A stretch of DNA of 64,000 bases from Escherichia coli (GCF_003334355.1 NZ_QOWP01000010.1), one strand, 5' to 3'. Counted from the first letter of the stretch, positions 36,960 through 48,355 are shown. Numbers and translations: made by a program. Notes: generated from the sequence alone by a model not told the origin.

Positions 36960-37060
36960 GCAGGCATCTTTCCATTCAAACTAACGTTTCGCTACCGTGA
37001 AAGTGCTACAAAGATAAAGATTTGGTTTCAAAAAGAAAAAATATGTAACCAAAAGTAAAA
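36960..37060 (-). promoter_or_regulatory. ompF promoter with OmpR binding sites (F1-F3 region)
   Basis: Minus-strand sequence TTTACTTTTGGTTACATATTTTTTCTTTTTGAAACCAAATCTTTATCTTTGTAGCAC (complement of 37005-37059) matches the OmpR-box region of the ompF promoter as I recall it. Confidence 0.7.
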
Positions 37061-37410
37061 TTTAAGGAACTTTGTGAACACCGTCATATTTCCATAGAAG
37101 CGTGATGATATTTACAGCAATTTTTATCTATTTATATGATTTCCTTATATTTAAATTAACTAAACGGAAATTTTGTTTCTGATGGAAACTTTATCGACCT
37201 GGCACTAAATCCTCGTTCAGACATCCAGAATGCCAAAAAATAGTATGAAAATTGTGCTATCAGCTAAGAAAAAACTAATCCGCAATAAGAATCCAGGTTA
37301 TTTTTTGTGCGTAAATGTTGCAATGTAATATTCCGTAACAGGATGATCGTTATGGCGGGGTTGCAAATAGATTGCTTGACTTAACAAACAGATAACTTGA
37401 CAGAAAGGAT

Positions 37411-37436
37411 AAAAAAGAGCCAGCAGGCGCTGGCTC
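37411..37436 (-). terminator. asnS rho-independent terminator
   Basis: aaaaaa gagccagc aggc gctggctc: perfect 8-bp stem; the A-run on + gives a U-run after the hairpin on the minus strand; 15 nt beyond the asnS stop. Confidence 0.65.
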
Positions 37437-37450
37437 TTTGAGGAAGAAAA

Positions 37451-38851
37451 TCAGAAGCTGGCGTTGCGCGGAGTACGTGGGAACGGAATCACATCACGCA
37501 CGTTTTGCACGCCAGTTACGTAAGCAATCAGGCGTTCAAAACCAAGACCGAAACCTGAATGCGGAACAGTACCGTAGCGACGCAGATCGCGATACCACCA
37601 GTAATCTTCTTTATTCAGGCCCATTTCCAGCATACGCTCGTCCAGAACGTCCAGACGTTCTTCACGCTGGGAGCCACCAATGATCTCACCGATGCCCGGA
37701 GCCAGAACGTCCATAGCCGCAACGGTTTTACCGTCTTCGTTGAGGCGCATATAGAACGCTTTAATATCTTTCGGATAGTTTTTAACCACTACCGGTGCTT
37801 TAAAGTGTTCTTCCGCCAGATAACGCTCATGCTCAGAAGAGAGATCGACGCCCCAGTAAACCGGGTTTTCAAACTTCCTGCCGCAGTTTTCGAGAATGGT
37901 CACTGCGTCGGTGTAATCCACCTGCGCGAAATCGGCCTCAATGAAGCGTTCCAGACGTGAAACGGCATCTTTATCTACGCGTTCAGCGAAGAATTTCATG
38001 TCGTCTGCGCGTTCTTCGAGAACCGCTTTGAAGACATATTTCAGCATGGCTTCAGCCAGACCCGCGATATCGTTCAGGTTAGCAAACGCCACTTCCGGCT
38101 CCAGCATCCAGAACTCCGCCAGGTGACGGCTGGTGTTGGAGTTTTCAGCACGGAAAGTCGGGCCGAAGGTATAAATTTTGGATAATGCGCAAGCGTAGGT
38201 TTCGCCGTTCAACTGGCCAGATACGGTCAGGAAAGACTCTTTACCAAAGAAGTCTTTGTCGAAATCCACTTTGCCCTGATCGTTACGCGGCAGATTTTCC
38301 AGATCCAGCGTAGAAACGCGGAACATTTCGCCAGCCCCTTCGGTATCAGACGCAGTAATCAGTGGCGTTGAAACCCAGAAGAATCCCTGCTCGTTAAAGA
38401 AGCGATGCAGCGCCTGCGCCAGCGTATGGCGAACGCGCGCGACGGCACCAATCAGGTTTGTGCGCGGACGCAGGTGAGCGACTTCACGCAGATACTCAAT
38501 GCTGTGGCGTTTTGCCGCCATCGGGTAAGTGTCTGGATCTTCAACCCAACCAGCAACTTCAACCTTGCTGGCCTGAATTTCAAATTGTTGCCCCTGGCCC
38601 GGCGACGCCACGACTTTACCCGTCACAATGACCGAGCAACCGGTGGTCAGACGCAGGACGTCTTCATTGTAATTGGGCAGAGAATTATTGATGACAGCCT
38701 GTACAGGATCAAAGCAGGAACCGTCATAAACGGCGAGGAAGGAGATGCCAGCTTTTGAATCTCGGCGGGTACGTACCCATCCGCGTACGGTGACTTCGCT
38801 GTCAACGGCTACGCGGCCCTGGAGTACGTCGGCTACAGGCACAACGCTCAT
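37451..38851 (-). CDS. asnS: asparaginyl-tRNA synthetase
   Basis: Track ORF (481 aa) begins at a GTG; trimmed to the ATG at 38849-38851, giving [30 protein letters not shown] (466 aa). Confidence 0.95.
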
Positions 38852-38986
38852 AATATTCTCTCTGTTAATAGTCGGAAAAAATAAACACTTGTCCACCCGT
38901 AAATGGGGGGATACCTATGTTACCTGGCATCTGCAATCAGACAAGCAGAATTCGCAAATGCAGCGAAAGATTTCGGAATTAAAGGT

Positions 38987-39011
38987 AAAAAAAGGGAGCC
39001 GATTAGCTCCC
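38987..39011 (-). terminator. pncB rho-independent terminator
   Basis: aaaaaaa gggagc cgatta gctccc: perfect 6-bp stem; A-run on + gives a U-run on the minus strand. Confidence 0.55.
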
Positions 39012-39019
39012 TGATGATA

Positions 39020-40222
39020 TTAACTGGCTTTTTTAATATGCGGAAGGTCGAACGCTTTGCGCAGCGCCCGAACAAACGCTTTATCGTGGCAGATAGTTTT
39101 GCCAGGGCTGTCAGAAAGTTTCGCCACCGGTTTACCGTTACACTCTACCAACTTAATCACAATATTCAGGGGTTTTACCTGGGGGATATCGCAGGTCAGG
39201 CGAGTCCCAATACCAAAACTTAATTGCACGCGGGAAGAGAAGTGGCGGTATAGCTCAACCGCTTTGCGTAAATCCAGATTGTCAGAGAAAACCAGCGTTT
39301 TACTCTGTGGATCAATTCCCAGCTTTTCATAATGTGCAATGGCTTTTTCACCCCATTCAACCGGGTCGCCAGAGTCATGACGCAGGCCCTGATACCGACT
39401 AGCGAACTCGACACCGAAATCACGCAGGAAAGCATCCATAGTGATGCAGTCGGTTAATGCAATGCCAAGTTGGTCGGGATACTCTTCCAGCCAGGCAGCA
39501 AGTGCAGCTCGCTGGCTGTTGGCTAGATCCGGGCTGATTTGCTGATGTGCCTGGAACCATTCGTGTGCCTGTGTTCCCATCGGCGTGAGGGAAAGCCGAC
39601 GCGCCAGATCGTAGTTGCTGGTGCCCACAAACCAGGATTCCTGTTGCAGACGCTTAACGATGGTTTCTTGTACTTCGCGAGAAAAACGGCGACGGGTGCC
39701 AAAATCCATCAGATGGAAGCGCGACATATCAAGACCGGCGGTTAACGCCGAGAAGTCGACTAATTTGCTTTCCAGCGTGTCGAGGGCTTGCGCAACGTCG
39801 GCCTGCGGTGAGCGATAGCGATGTACCATTTCACTGATAACCGCCAGCAAAGGAACTTCCCAGAGGATGACTTCACGCCACGGGCCGCTTAAACGAATAT
39901 CCAGCTTGCCATTATCGTTGGACACGGTGACTTGTTCCGGGTTAAAGCGGAACTCGCGTAACCAGTTAAGATAGTCGGCCTTAAAGAAAGGCAGGGCAGA
40001 AAGCCACTGATATTCATCATCCTGCAGGCGCAGGTGCTGCATCGCCTGAACCTGTTCACGAATAGCATCGGCATAAATACCCAGCAGATCGTCACCTCGG
40101 CAACGAAACTCCGCCGCGACATGCACATCGTAATAGTGATGAAACACGGCTTGCTGCATATGCAACTTATAAGCATCTGTATCCAGCAACGAGTGCAGAA
40201 CAGGAGAAGCGAATTGTGTCAT
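39020..40222 (-). CDS. pncB: nicotinate phosphoribosyltransferase
   Basis: Track ORF is 416 aa; trimmed to the ATG at 40220-40222 ([27 protein letters not shown], 400 aa). Confidence 0.95.
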   Translation of the reverse strand: MTQFASPVLHSLLDTDAYKLHMQQAVFHHYYDVHVAAEFRCRGDDLLGIYADAIREQVQAMQHLRLQDDEYQWLSALPFFKADYLNWLREFRFNPEQVTVSNDNGKLDIRLSGPWREVILWEVPLLAVISEMVHRYRSPQADVAQALDTLESKLVDFSALTAGLDMSRFHLMDFGTRRRFSREVQETIVKRLQQESWFVGTSNYDLARRLSLTPMGTQAHEWFQAHQQISPDLANSQRAALAAWLEEYPDQLGIALTDCITMDAFLRDFGVEFASRYQGLRHDSGDPVEWGEKAIAHYEKLGIDPQSKTLVFSDNLDLRKAVELYRHFSSRVQLSFGIGTRLTCDIPQVKPLNIVIKLVECNGKPVAKLSDSPGKTICHDKAFVRALRKAFDLPHIKKAS

Positions 40223-40252
40223 AGGTGCGCAGTAGCGTCCTCGTACAGGAGC

Positions 40253-40268
40253 GTTTAGTACAATAAAC
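40253..40268. promoter_or_regulatory. candidate NadR operator (NAD box-like inverted repeat)
   Basis: gtttagtacaataaac: GTTTA-N6-TAAAC inverted repeat about 30 bp upstream of the pncB start; pncB is a known NadR-repressed gene. Confidence 0.35.
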
Positions 40269-40487
40269 ATCTTCAGGAACTGCTGGAGTATACCTTGTTT
40301 CGCAATTTATTGAACCCCGATCACACCATATGCCACCTTTCTGGTCGATGGCATTACGCGGTGTATGTTATAAAAATGTAGCAATAAAGGCGTTTGTACC
40401 TGAAAAGATGAAGATTCTGCATAGCGCGATTTACGCAACAGGAATAGACTGAACACCAGACTCTATAAAAGATGCTAAAGGTTATTT

Positions 40488-43100
40488 ATGACTCAACAGC
40501 CACAAGCCAAATACCGTCACGATTATCGTGCGCCGGATTACCAGATTACTGATATTGACTTGACCTTTGACCTCGACGCGCAAAAGACGGTCGTTACCGC
40601 GGTCAGCCAGGCTGTCCGTCATGGTGCATCAGATGCTCCCCTTCGTCTCAACGGCGAAGACCTCAAACTGGTTTCTGTTCATATTAATGATGAGCCGTGG
40701 ACCGCCTGGAAAGAAGAAGAGGGCGCACTGGTTATCAGTAATTTGCCGGAGCGTTTTACGCTTAAGATCATTAATGAAATAAGCCCGGCGGCGAATACCG
40801 CGCTGGAAGGGCTTTATCAGTCAGGCGATGCGCTTTGCACCCAGTGTGAAGCCGAAGGTTTCCGCCATATTACGTATTATCTCGACCGCCCGGACGTGCT
40901 GGCGCGTTTTACCACCAAAATTATTGCCGATAAAATCAAATATCCCTTCCTGCTTTCCAATGGTAACCGCGTTGCGCAAGGCGAACTGGAAAACGGACGC
41001 CATTGGGTACAGTGGCAGGACCCGTTCCCGAAACCGTGCTACCTGTTTGCGCTGGTGGCAGGCGACTTTGATGTACTGCGCGATACCTTTACCACGCGTT
41101 CTGGTCGCGAAGTAGCACTGGAGCTGTACGTCGATCGCGGCAACCTTGATCGCGCGCCGTGGGCGATGACCTCGCTGAAAAACTCCATGAAATGGGATGA
41201 AGAACGCTTTGGCCTGGAGTATGACCTCGACATCTATATGATCGTCGCGGTGGATTTCTTCAATATGGGCGCAATGGAGAATAAGGGGCTGAATATCTTT
41301 AACTCCAAATATGTGCTGGCCCGCACCGACACCGCCACCGACAAAGATTACCTCGATATTGAACGCGTTATCGGCCATGAATATTTCCATAACTGGACCG
41401 GTAACCGAGTGACCTGTCGCGACTGGTTCCAGCTCAGCCTGAAAGAAGGTTTAACCGTCTTCCGCGATCAGGAGTTCAGCTCTGACCTTGGTTCCCGCGC
41501 AGTTAACCGCATCAATAATGTACGCACCATGCGCGGATTGCAGTTTGCAGAAGACGCCAGCCCGATGGCGCACCCGATCCGCCCGGATATGGTCATTGAG
41601 ATGAACAACTTCTACACCCTGACCGTTTACGAGAAGGGCGCGGAAGTGATTCGCATGATCCACACCCTGCTTGGCGAAGAAAACTTCCAGAAAGGGATGC
41701 AGCTTTATTTCGAGCGTCATGATGGTAGTGCAGCGACCTGTGACGACTTTGTGCAGGCGATGGAAGATGCGTCGAATGTCGATCTCTCCCATTTCCGCCG
41801 TTGGTACAGCCAGTCCGGTACACCGATTGTGACCGTCAAAGACGACTACAATCCGGAAACCGAGCAGTACACCCTGACCATCAGCCAGCGCACGCCAGCC
41901 ACGCCGGATCAGGCAGAAAAACAGCCGCTGCATATTCCGTTTGCCATCGAACTGTATGATAACGAAGGCAAAGTGATCCCGTTGCAGAAAGGCGGTCATC
42001 CGGTGAATTCCGTGCTGAACGTCACTCAGGCGGAACAGACCTTTGTCTTTGATAATGTCTACTTCCAGCCGGTGCCTGCGCTGCTGTGCGAATTCTCTGC
42101 GCCAGTGAAACTGGAATATAAGTGGAGCGATCAGCAACTGACCTTCCTGATGCGTCATGCGCGTAATGATTTCTCCCGTTGGGATGCGGCGCAAAGTTTG
42201 CTGGCAACCTACATCAAGCTGAACGTCGCCCGTCATCAGCAAGGGCAGCCGCTGTCTCTGCCGGTGCATGTGGCCGACGCCTTCCGCGCGGTGCTGCTCG
42301 ATGAGAAGATTGACCCGGCACTGGCGGCAGAAATTCTGACTCTGCCATCCGTCAATGAAATGGCTGAACTGTTCGATATCATCGACCCGATTGCTATTGC
42401 CGAAGTACGCGAAGCACTCACTCGTACTCTGGCGACTGAACTGGCGGATGAGTTGCTGGCTATTTACAACGCGAATTACCAGAGCGAGTACCGCGTTGAG
42501 CATGAAGATATTGCAAAACGCACTCTGCGTAATGCCTGTCTGCGCTTCCTTGCTTTTGGTGAAACGCATCTGGCTGACGTGCTGGTGAGCAAGCAATACC
42601 ATGAAGCAAACAATATGACCGATGCGCTGGCAGCGCTTTCTGCGGCGGTTGCTGCACAGCTGCCATGCCGTGACGCGCTGATGCAGGAGTACGACGACAA
42701 GTGGCATCAGGACGGTCTGGTGATGGATAAATGGTTTATCCTGCAAGCCACCAGCCCGGCGGCGAATGTGCTGGAGACGGTGCGCGGCCTGTTGCAGCAT
42801 CGCTCATTTACCATGAGCAACCCGAACCGTATTCGTTCGTTGATTGGTGCGTTTGCGGGCAGCAACCCGGCAGCGTTCCATGCCGAAGATGGCAGCGGTT
42901 ACCAGTTCCTGGTGGAAATGCTTACCGACCTCAACAGCCGTAACCCGCAGGTGGCTTCGCGCCTGATTGAGCCGCTGATTCGCCTGAAACGTTATGATGC
43001 CAAACGTCAGGAGAAAATGCGCGCGGCGCTGGAACAGTTGAAAGGGCTGGAAAATCTCTCTGGCGATCTGTACGAGAAGATCACCAAAGCACTGGCTTAA
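40488..43100 (+). CDS. pepN: aminopeptidase N (M1 family)
   Basis: 870-aa ORF; zinc motif HEYFHNWTGN...E and GAMEN motif. Confidence 0.97.
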   Translation: MTQQPQAKYRHDYRAPDYQITDIDLTFDLDAQKTVVTAVSQAVRHGASDAPLRLNGEDLKLVSVHINDEPWTAWKEEEGALVISNLPERFTLKIINEISPAANTALEGLYQSGDALCTQCEAEGFRHITYYLDRPDVLARFTTKIIADKIKYPFLLSNGNRVAQGELENGRHWVQWQDPFPKPCYLFALVAGDFDVLRDTFTTRSGREVALELYVDRGNLDRAPWAMTSLKNSMKWDEERFGLEYDLDIYMIVAVDFFNMGAMENKGLNIFNSKYVLARTDTATDKDYLDIERVIGHEYFHNWTGNRVTCRDWFQLSLKEGLTVFRDQEFSSDLGSRAVNRINNVRTMRGLQFAEDASPMAHPIRPDMVIEMNNFYTLTVYEKGAEVIRMIHTLLGEENFQKGMQLYFERHDGSAATCDDFVQAMEDASNVDLSHFRRWYSQSGTPIVTVKDDYNPETEQYTLTISQRTPATPDQAEKQPLHIPFAIELYDNEGKVIPLQKGGHPVNSVLNVTQAEQTFVFDNVYFQPVPALLCEFSAPVKLEYKWSDQQLTFLMRHARNDFSRWDAAQSLLATYIKLNVARHQQGQPLSLPVHVADAFRAVLLDEKIDPALAAEILTLPSVNEMAELFDIIDPIAIAEVREALTRTLATELADELLAIYNANYQSEYRVEHEDIAKRTLRNACLRFLAFGETHLADVLVSKQYHEANNMTDALAALSAAVAAQLPCRDALMQEYDDKWHQDGLVMDKWFILQATSPAANVLETVRGLLQHRSFTMSNPNRIRSLIGAFAGSNPAAFHAEDGSGYQFLVEMLTDLNSRNPQVASRLIEPLIRLKRYDAKRQEKMRAALEQLKGLENLSGDLYEKITKALA

Positions 43101-43107
43101 TAAATAA

Positions 43108-43137
43108 CCGAATGGCGGCAATAGCGCCGCCATTCGG
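43108..43137. terminator. bidirectional terminator between convergent pepN and ssuB
   Basis: Perfect 12-bp inverted repeat ccgaatggcggc/gccgccattcgg around a 6-nt loop, filling most of the 42-bp spacer; T-rich on + side (ggatttt). Confidence 0.7.
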
Positions 43138-43142
43138 GGATT

Positions 43143-43910
43143 TTACCCCTGTTTTCTCAGGCGAGTTTCAGACTCACCACGCTGCATTACCCGTTGCAAC
43201 ACTTCCGCTTCCAGCTCCGCTAATCGCACCGACCCTAACCGGCGCGGACGGGGGATATCCACCGTCAAATCCAGACCAATTTTTCCCTCTTCAATTAACA
43301 ACACCCGGTCAGCCATTGCTACCGCTTCGCTCACATCATGCGTCACCAACAGTACGGTAAAGCCGTGCTCCTGCCAAAGTGACACAATCAAATCCTGCAT
43401 CTCGAGTCGCGTTAAGGCATCCAGCGCACCGAGCGGTTCATCAAGCAACAATAAACCCGGTCGATGAATCAACGCTCTTGCCAGCGCCACTCGCTGTTTC
43501 TGCCCGCCAGAAAGTGCGGCAGGCCATTCCCCGGCGCGATTCTCCAGTCCTACCGCAGCCAACGCTCGACGTGCGGCATCGCGCCACTGGCCTTTAAGGC
43601 CTAACCCAACGTTATCAATCACCGATTTCCACGGTAGCAGACGCGCATCCTGAAACATCATTCGCGTGTCTTCCTGAATTTCAGCCAGCGGTGTGGTGCC
43701 CGCTAACACATCGCCTGCGGTTGGCGTTTCCAGACCTGCCAGCAGGCGCAGCAGGGTACTTTTGCCACCACCGCTGCGGCCCACCACCGCCACAAACTGA
43801 CCTGCCGGAATATGTAAATCCAGTTGGTTCAGGACGATATTTTCCGCGTAATGTTTGCTTACTGCATTGAGCAACAATGGTGTGCCCTGGTTCAGACGAG
43901 CAGTATTCAT
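43143..43910 (-). CDS. ssuB: aliphatic sulfonate ABC transporter ATP-binding protein
   Basis: 255-aa ORF; Walker [10 protein letters not shown], signature LSGGQKQR. Confidence 0.93.
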
Positions 43911-44698
43911 ACCGTGGCCTCCTTCAAATGATAAGCCGGGTTCCAGCGCAACCAGAGGCGCTCTAACAGCTGCGCGCTGACGTCAGCCAGTTTGCCGAGC
44001 AGGGCGTAAAGAATAATAGCGACTACCACCACGTCCGTTTGCAAAAACTCCCGCGCATTCATCGCCAGATAACCAATGCCGGAATTGGCAGAAATGGTTT
44101 CGGCAACAATCAGCGTCAGCCACATCAGGCCCAACGCAAAACGCACTCCGACCATAATTGAGGGCAGGGCACCAGGCAGGATCACATGGATAAACAGCGG
44201 TATGCCGGATAATCCATAGCTACGCGCCATCTCCACCAACCCGCGATCGATATTACGGATGCCATGCCAGGTGTTGATATAAATGGGGAATAGCGTACCG
44301 AGCGCCACCAGAAAGATTTTTGCGGATTCATCAATGCCAAACCACAAAATCACCAGCGGGATCAGCGCCAGATGCGGCACGTTGCGCAACATCTGAATTG
44401 AGGTATCCAGCAGCCGTTCTCCCCAGCGAGATAGCCCGCTAATCAGTCCCAAAATCAACCCCAGCGATCCGCCAATTGAAAAGCCAATCAGCGCCCGCCA
44501 GGAGCTGATCGCCAGATGCTGCCACAGTTCGCCGCTGGCGGAGAGCGTCCAGAACGCCGTCACCACTCCTTCCGGTGAAGGCAAAATACGCGTCGACAGC
44601 CAGCCAACCGAGGAGGCCAGTTGCCACACCGCCACGATGCCCACCGGTAAAAACCAGGGGGCAACGCGCAATAACCACTTCTTCACTGGCGTTGCCAT
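43907..44698 (-). CDS. ssuC: aliphatic sulfonate ABC transporter permease
   Basis: Trimmed to the ATG at 44696-44698 ([16 protein letters not shown], 263 aa). Confidence 0.9.
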
Positions 44699-44708
44699 TA
44701 TTTCTTCC

Positions 44709-45854
44709 TTAGCTTTGCGCGACTTTACGGGGGATAAAATCATTCGCCACCGCTTCGCCTTGCGGATTCAGCGGCTGCGGCTGGGGAATTTCCGGGATGG
44801 CGACATCCAGAAGCGGGAACAGCAACTCGCCAACCCGATACGCTTCTTCCAGATGCGGATAGCCCGAAAGCACAAAACTGTCGATGCCAAGCGCGGCATA
44901 TTCGTTGATTCGCGCAGCGACCGTAGGACCATCGCCCACCAGCGCCGTCCCGGCACCGCCGCGCACTAAGCCAACGCCCGCCCATAAATTGGGGCTGATC
45001 TCCAGATTGTCGCGCTTGCCGTTATGTAACGCCGCCATTCGCTGTTGCCCTACGGAATCCGTCCGGGCGAATGCGGCCTGTGCTTTGGCGATAGTTTCAT
45101 CATCAAGATGCGAGATTAACCGCTCGGCGGCCTGCCACGCTTCGTCGTTAGTTTCACGAACAATCACATGCAGACGAATACCGAAACGAATTTTGCGTCC
45201 ATGCGCGGCAGCTTTCGCCCGCACTTGTTCGATTTTCTCTTTAACCAGTTCCGGCGGTTCGCCCCAGGTGAGGTAGAGATCAACCTGTTCTGCCGCCAGC
45301 TCCTGGGCGACATCTGACGATCCGCCAAAGTAAAGTGGCGGATACGGCTGTTGAATCGCCGGGAAGAGCAGTTTTGCTCCGCGCACATGAATATGTTTAC
45401 CGTTGAAATCGACGGTTTCTCCCTGCAATAAACGCCGCCAGACCTGGGTAAATTCCGCCGAGGCTTCGTAGCGCTCGCTATGATCAAGGAACACTCCGTC
45501 GCCTGCCAGCTCTTGTGGATCGCTGCCTGTGACCAGGTTAAACAACGCACGTCCATTTGAGAGACGGTCAAGCGTGGCGGCCAGGCGGGCGGCAACGGTA
45601 GGTGAGGTTACGCTGGGACGCAGGGCGACAAGAAACTTCAGCCGCTGCGTCACCGGGATCATCGATGCGGCAACCAGCCACGCATCTTCGCAGGAGCGCC
45701 CCGTTGGAATTAGCACACCGGTATAGCCAAGACGATCCGCCGCTTGCGCAATTTGTTGCAGATAACCGTGATCAACCGGGCGTGAACCTTCTTCCGTTCC
45801 CAGATAATGCCCGTCACCGTGGGTCGGTAAAAACCAGAACATATTCAGACTCAT
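44709..45854 (-). CDS. ssuD: FMNH2-dependent alkanesulfonate monooxygenase
   Basis: 381-aa ORF; luciferase-like monooxygenase; [19 protein letters not shown]. Confidence 0.95.
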   Translation of the reverse strand: MSLNMFWFLPTHGDGHYLGTEEGSRPVDHGYLQQIAQAADRLGYTGVLIPTGRSCEDAWLVAASMIPVTQRLKFLVALRPSVTSPTVAARLAATLDRLSNGRALFNLVTGSDPQELAGDGVFLDHSERYEASAEFTQVWRRLLQGETVDFNGKHIHVRGAKLLFPAIQQPYPPLYFGGSSDVAQELAAEQVDLYLTWGEPPELVKEKIEQVRAKAAAHGRKIRFGIRLHVIVRETNDEAWQAAERLISHLDDETIAKAQAAFARTDSVGQQRMAALHNGKRDNLEISPNLWAGVGLVRGGAGTALVGDGPTVAARINEYAALGIDSFVLSGYPHLEEAYRVGELLFPLLDVAIPEIPQPQPLNPQGEAVANDFIPRKVAQS

Positions 45855-46810
45855 AATTGTTTTCCTTCCAGTTGAGTGGGCTGCCAGATGCGCTGGCGAA
45901 TATCGACTTTTTTCGGCACCAGACGATTTTCATAAAACAGATCTGCCGTTTGCTGCTGTAAGGCGGCAACCTCGGCGTTAACCGGTTTGATGGTGGTAGG
46001 AGGGCGATGATCTAAGTAAGAGGCAATCACCGGTGCCGGTAAGCCCATCGTTTTTGCCAGTAAAGCGATGCTTTGCTCGCGCTGGCTGCGGGTTAACGCA
46101 TCGGCCTCACTAAAGGTTGCCAGTACGCCCTGAATAAAAGCGCCGTTTTTTTCTGCATAGGGACGAGCTGCCAGATAAAACGATCCAGTTTGATTGAGAT
46201 CGGTGCCGTCTTTCAGCACCCGCACGCCGCCCTGTAATAATGCAGCAGAGTAGTAGGGATCCCAGATAGCCCAGGCGTCAACGTTACCTTGCTGGAACGC
46301 GGCGCGGGCATCAGCGGGCGTCAGGTAAGTGGGTTGGATATCGGTAAACTTAAGTCCGGCCTGACGCAGTGCACGCAGTAAAAGGTTGTGTGAACTGGAA
46401 CCTTTCTGAAAGGCAACTTTGTGACCTTTAAGATCGGCTACGGTTTTGATCGGGCTGTTTTCTGCCACCAGAATCACTTCGGCTTTGGGCTTCGGTGGCT
46501 CGACGCCCACGTACACCAAATCAGCCCCGGCAGCCTGGGCAAAGATTGGCGGAATATCCCCGGTACTGCCGAGATCAATACTGCCAACGTTTAACGCTTC
46601 CAACATTTGCGGACCCGCGGGGAACTCCACCCAGGAGATTTTTGATTCCGGATAGCGTTTTTCCAGTAACTGGTGGCTTTTTGCCAGCACCATACCAATA
46701 CTGCCTTTCTGATAGCCTATACGTAACGCTTCAGGCGAGGATTCTGCAGCAACCGCAAAAGTAGAGACGCTAAGCAATCCCGCCAGCGCCAGTTTAATGA
46801 TGTTACGCAT
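45851..46810 (-). CDS. ssuA: aliphatic sulfonate periplasmic binding protein
   Basis: Trimmed to the ATG at 46808-46810 ([22 protein letters not shown] signal peptide, 319 aa). Confidence 0.9.
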   Translation of the reverse strand: MRNIIKLALAGLLSVSTFAVAAESSPEALRIGYQKGSIGMVLAKSHQLLEKRYPESKISWVEFPAGPQMLEALNVGSIDLGSTGDIPPIFAQAAGADLVYVGVEPPKPKAEVILVAENSPIKTVADLKGHKVAFQKGSSSHNLLLRALRQAGLKFTDIQPTYLTPADARAAFQQGNVDAWAIWDPYYSAALLQGGVRVLKDGTDLNQTGSFYLAARPYAEKNGAFIQGVLATFSEADALTRSQREQSIALLAKTMGLPAPVIASYLDHRPPTTIKPVNAEVAALQQQTADLFYENRLVPKKVDIRQRIWQPTQLEGKQL

Positions 46811-47378
46811 GGGCATTACCTCGCAGAGACAGAAGGTCAGGAACCTGAACATCGCGGCGGTGCAATGCCTGCCAGAAAGTTTCTAGCGCGGTATCAAGAC
46901 GGGTTTGCAGATTTGGCGTGAACTGGGGTCTGTGATGGTAATCAATTACTTGTGAGTCATCGGCAAACACGCCGTGCAGGATCTCCTGAGCTTTCAGTGC
47001 GCTTAAAACTGGTTTAAGGGCATAATCGACCGCCAGCAGATGGGCCACGGTACCGCCCGTCGCCAGCGGTAGCACCACTTTGCCTTGCAAAGCGCGTTCT
47101 GGCAGCAGGTCGAGCAGGGTTTTCAACGCACCGGAATAGGCGGCTTTATACACAGGCGTGGCGACAATCAGCCCATCGGCCTGTTGCAGCTGTTCGGTGA
47201 AGGTCTTGAGTGCCGGACTATCGAAACGAGCATAAAGTAGATCTTCCGGGGCGAAGTTTTGCAGATTCCAGTGATAAACCTCTACATCCAGGCCATTTAG
47301 TTTTTCCCGCGCATATTCCAGCAAGGAGCTGGAGCGAGAAGGAAAGCGAGGACTACCCGCCAGGGTGATGACACGCAT
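46803..47378 (-). CDS. ssuE: NAD(P)H-dependent FMN reductase
   Basis: 191-aa ORF; MRVITLAGSPRFPSRSS; overlaps the ssuA start by 8 nt. Confidence 0.93.
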   Translation of the reverse strand: MRVITLAGSPRFPSRSSSLLEYAREKLNGLDVEVYHWNLQNFAPEDLLYARFDSPALKTFTEQLQQADGLIVATPVYKAAYSGALKTLLDLLPERALQGKVVLPLATGGTVAHLLAVDYALKPVLSALKAQEILHGVFADDSQVIDYHHRPQFTPNLQTRLDTALETFWQALHRRDVQVPDLLSLRGNAHA

Positions 47379-47733
47379 ACTCTCTCCTTATAACCAATTG
47401 TTCTTTTTTTGTTAACATTGATAACAATTCGGTCAGTCTGTCGGAGAGACAAGAAAATTCCAAATATAAATTTTGTGTATCTTTTTCTGAAAATAAACTA
47501 AAGAAAGGGCTTTATATATCACGCATATTTATTTATTGGATAGTCATTAGATGTTGAATCAATGAATTACTCGTTCAGTTAATATTTAAATATTCATGAA
47601 ATCTATAAATTAAAGATTTGTCACTTATTGGATTTAGTATGCTTGATTTAAATGGCGGACAATTATTGTTATTATTAAGTCTAATGTCATTTAAAGGCAT
47701 TATCATATTTACGAAGAGATCAGGATGATAACG
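47379..47733. promoter_or_regulatory. divergent AT-rich control region between ssuE and elfA
   Basis: 355-bp strongly AT-rich spacer between divergent operons; the ssu promoter (sulfate-starvation control) and the elf promoter are expected here. Function is inferred. Confidence 0.4.
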
Positions 47734-48273
47734 ATGAAAAAAAGTGTATTGACGGCGTTTATAACTGTGGTATGTGCAACGTCCAGCGTTATGGCTGCTG
47801 ATGATAATGCTATCACGGATGGCTCAGTAACATTTAATGGTAAAGTTATTGCTCCAGCTTGTACCCTGGTAGCTGCGACGAAAGATTCCGTGGTGACTTT
47901 GCCAGATGTTAGTGCCACGAAGTTGCAAACCAATGGTCAGGTTTCTGGCGTGCAAATTGATGTGCCAATTGAATTAAAAGATTGTGATACTACCGTAACA
48001 AAAAATGCAACGTTCACCTTTAATGGCACTGCGGATACTACTCAGATTACAGCGTTTGCTAACCAGGCCTCATCTGATGCTGCTACAAACGTGGCCCTGC
48101 AAATGTATATGAATGATGGTACAACGGCCATCACGCCAGACACAGAAACTGGGAACATTTTGTTGCAGGATGGAGATCAGACGTTGACTTTTAAAGTTGA
48201 TTATATCGCTACGGGGAAAGCGACTTCAGGTAATGTGAATGCGGTAACAAATTTCCATATTAACTATTATTAA
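47734..48273 (+). CDS. elfA: fimbrial major subunit (chaperone-usher pilus)
   Basis: Trimmed to the ATG at 47734 (MKKSVLTAFITVVCATSSVMA signal peptide, 179 aa); fimbrial-subunit C-terminus. Confidence 0.85.
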   Translation: MKKSVLTAFITVVCATSSVMAADDNAITDGSVTFNGKVIAPACTLVAATKDSVVTLPDVSATKLQTNGQVSGVQIDVPIELKDCDTTVTKNATFTFNGTADTTQITAFANQASSDAATNVALQMYMNDGTTAITPDTETGNILLQDGDQTLTFKVDYIATGKATSGNVNAVTNFHINYY

Positions 48274-48304
48274 TAGAACTCATTAATTGTTTTATTAATT
48301 AGTA

Positions 48305-48341
48305 CCCCTCCAGTGTTCTGGAGGGGATATTCATATTTTTT
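48305..48341 (+). terminator. intercistronic hairpin after the fimbrial major subunit gene (attenuator-type terminator)
   Basis: Perfect 9-bp stem cccctccag/ctggagggg with loop tgtt, followed by atattcatatttttt; sits in the 82-bp elfA-elfD spacer. Confidence 0.55.
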
Positions 48342-48355
48342 AAGAGTGACTATTT

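Noticed and set aside
41451-42800. 449-aa minus-strand ORF inside pepN
   Set aside because: Antisense shadow ORF; pepN is recognised on the + strand with its zinc motif.
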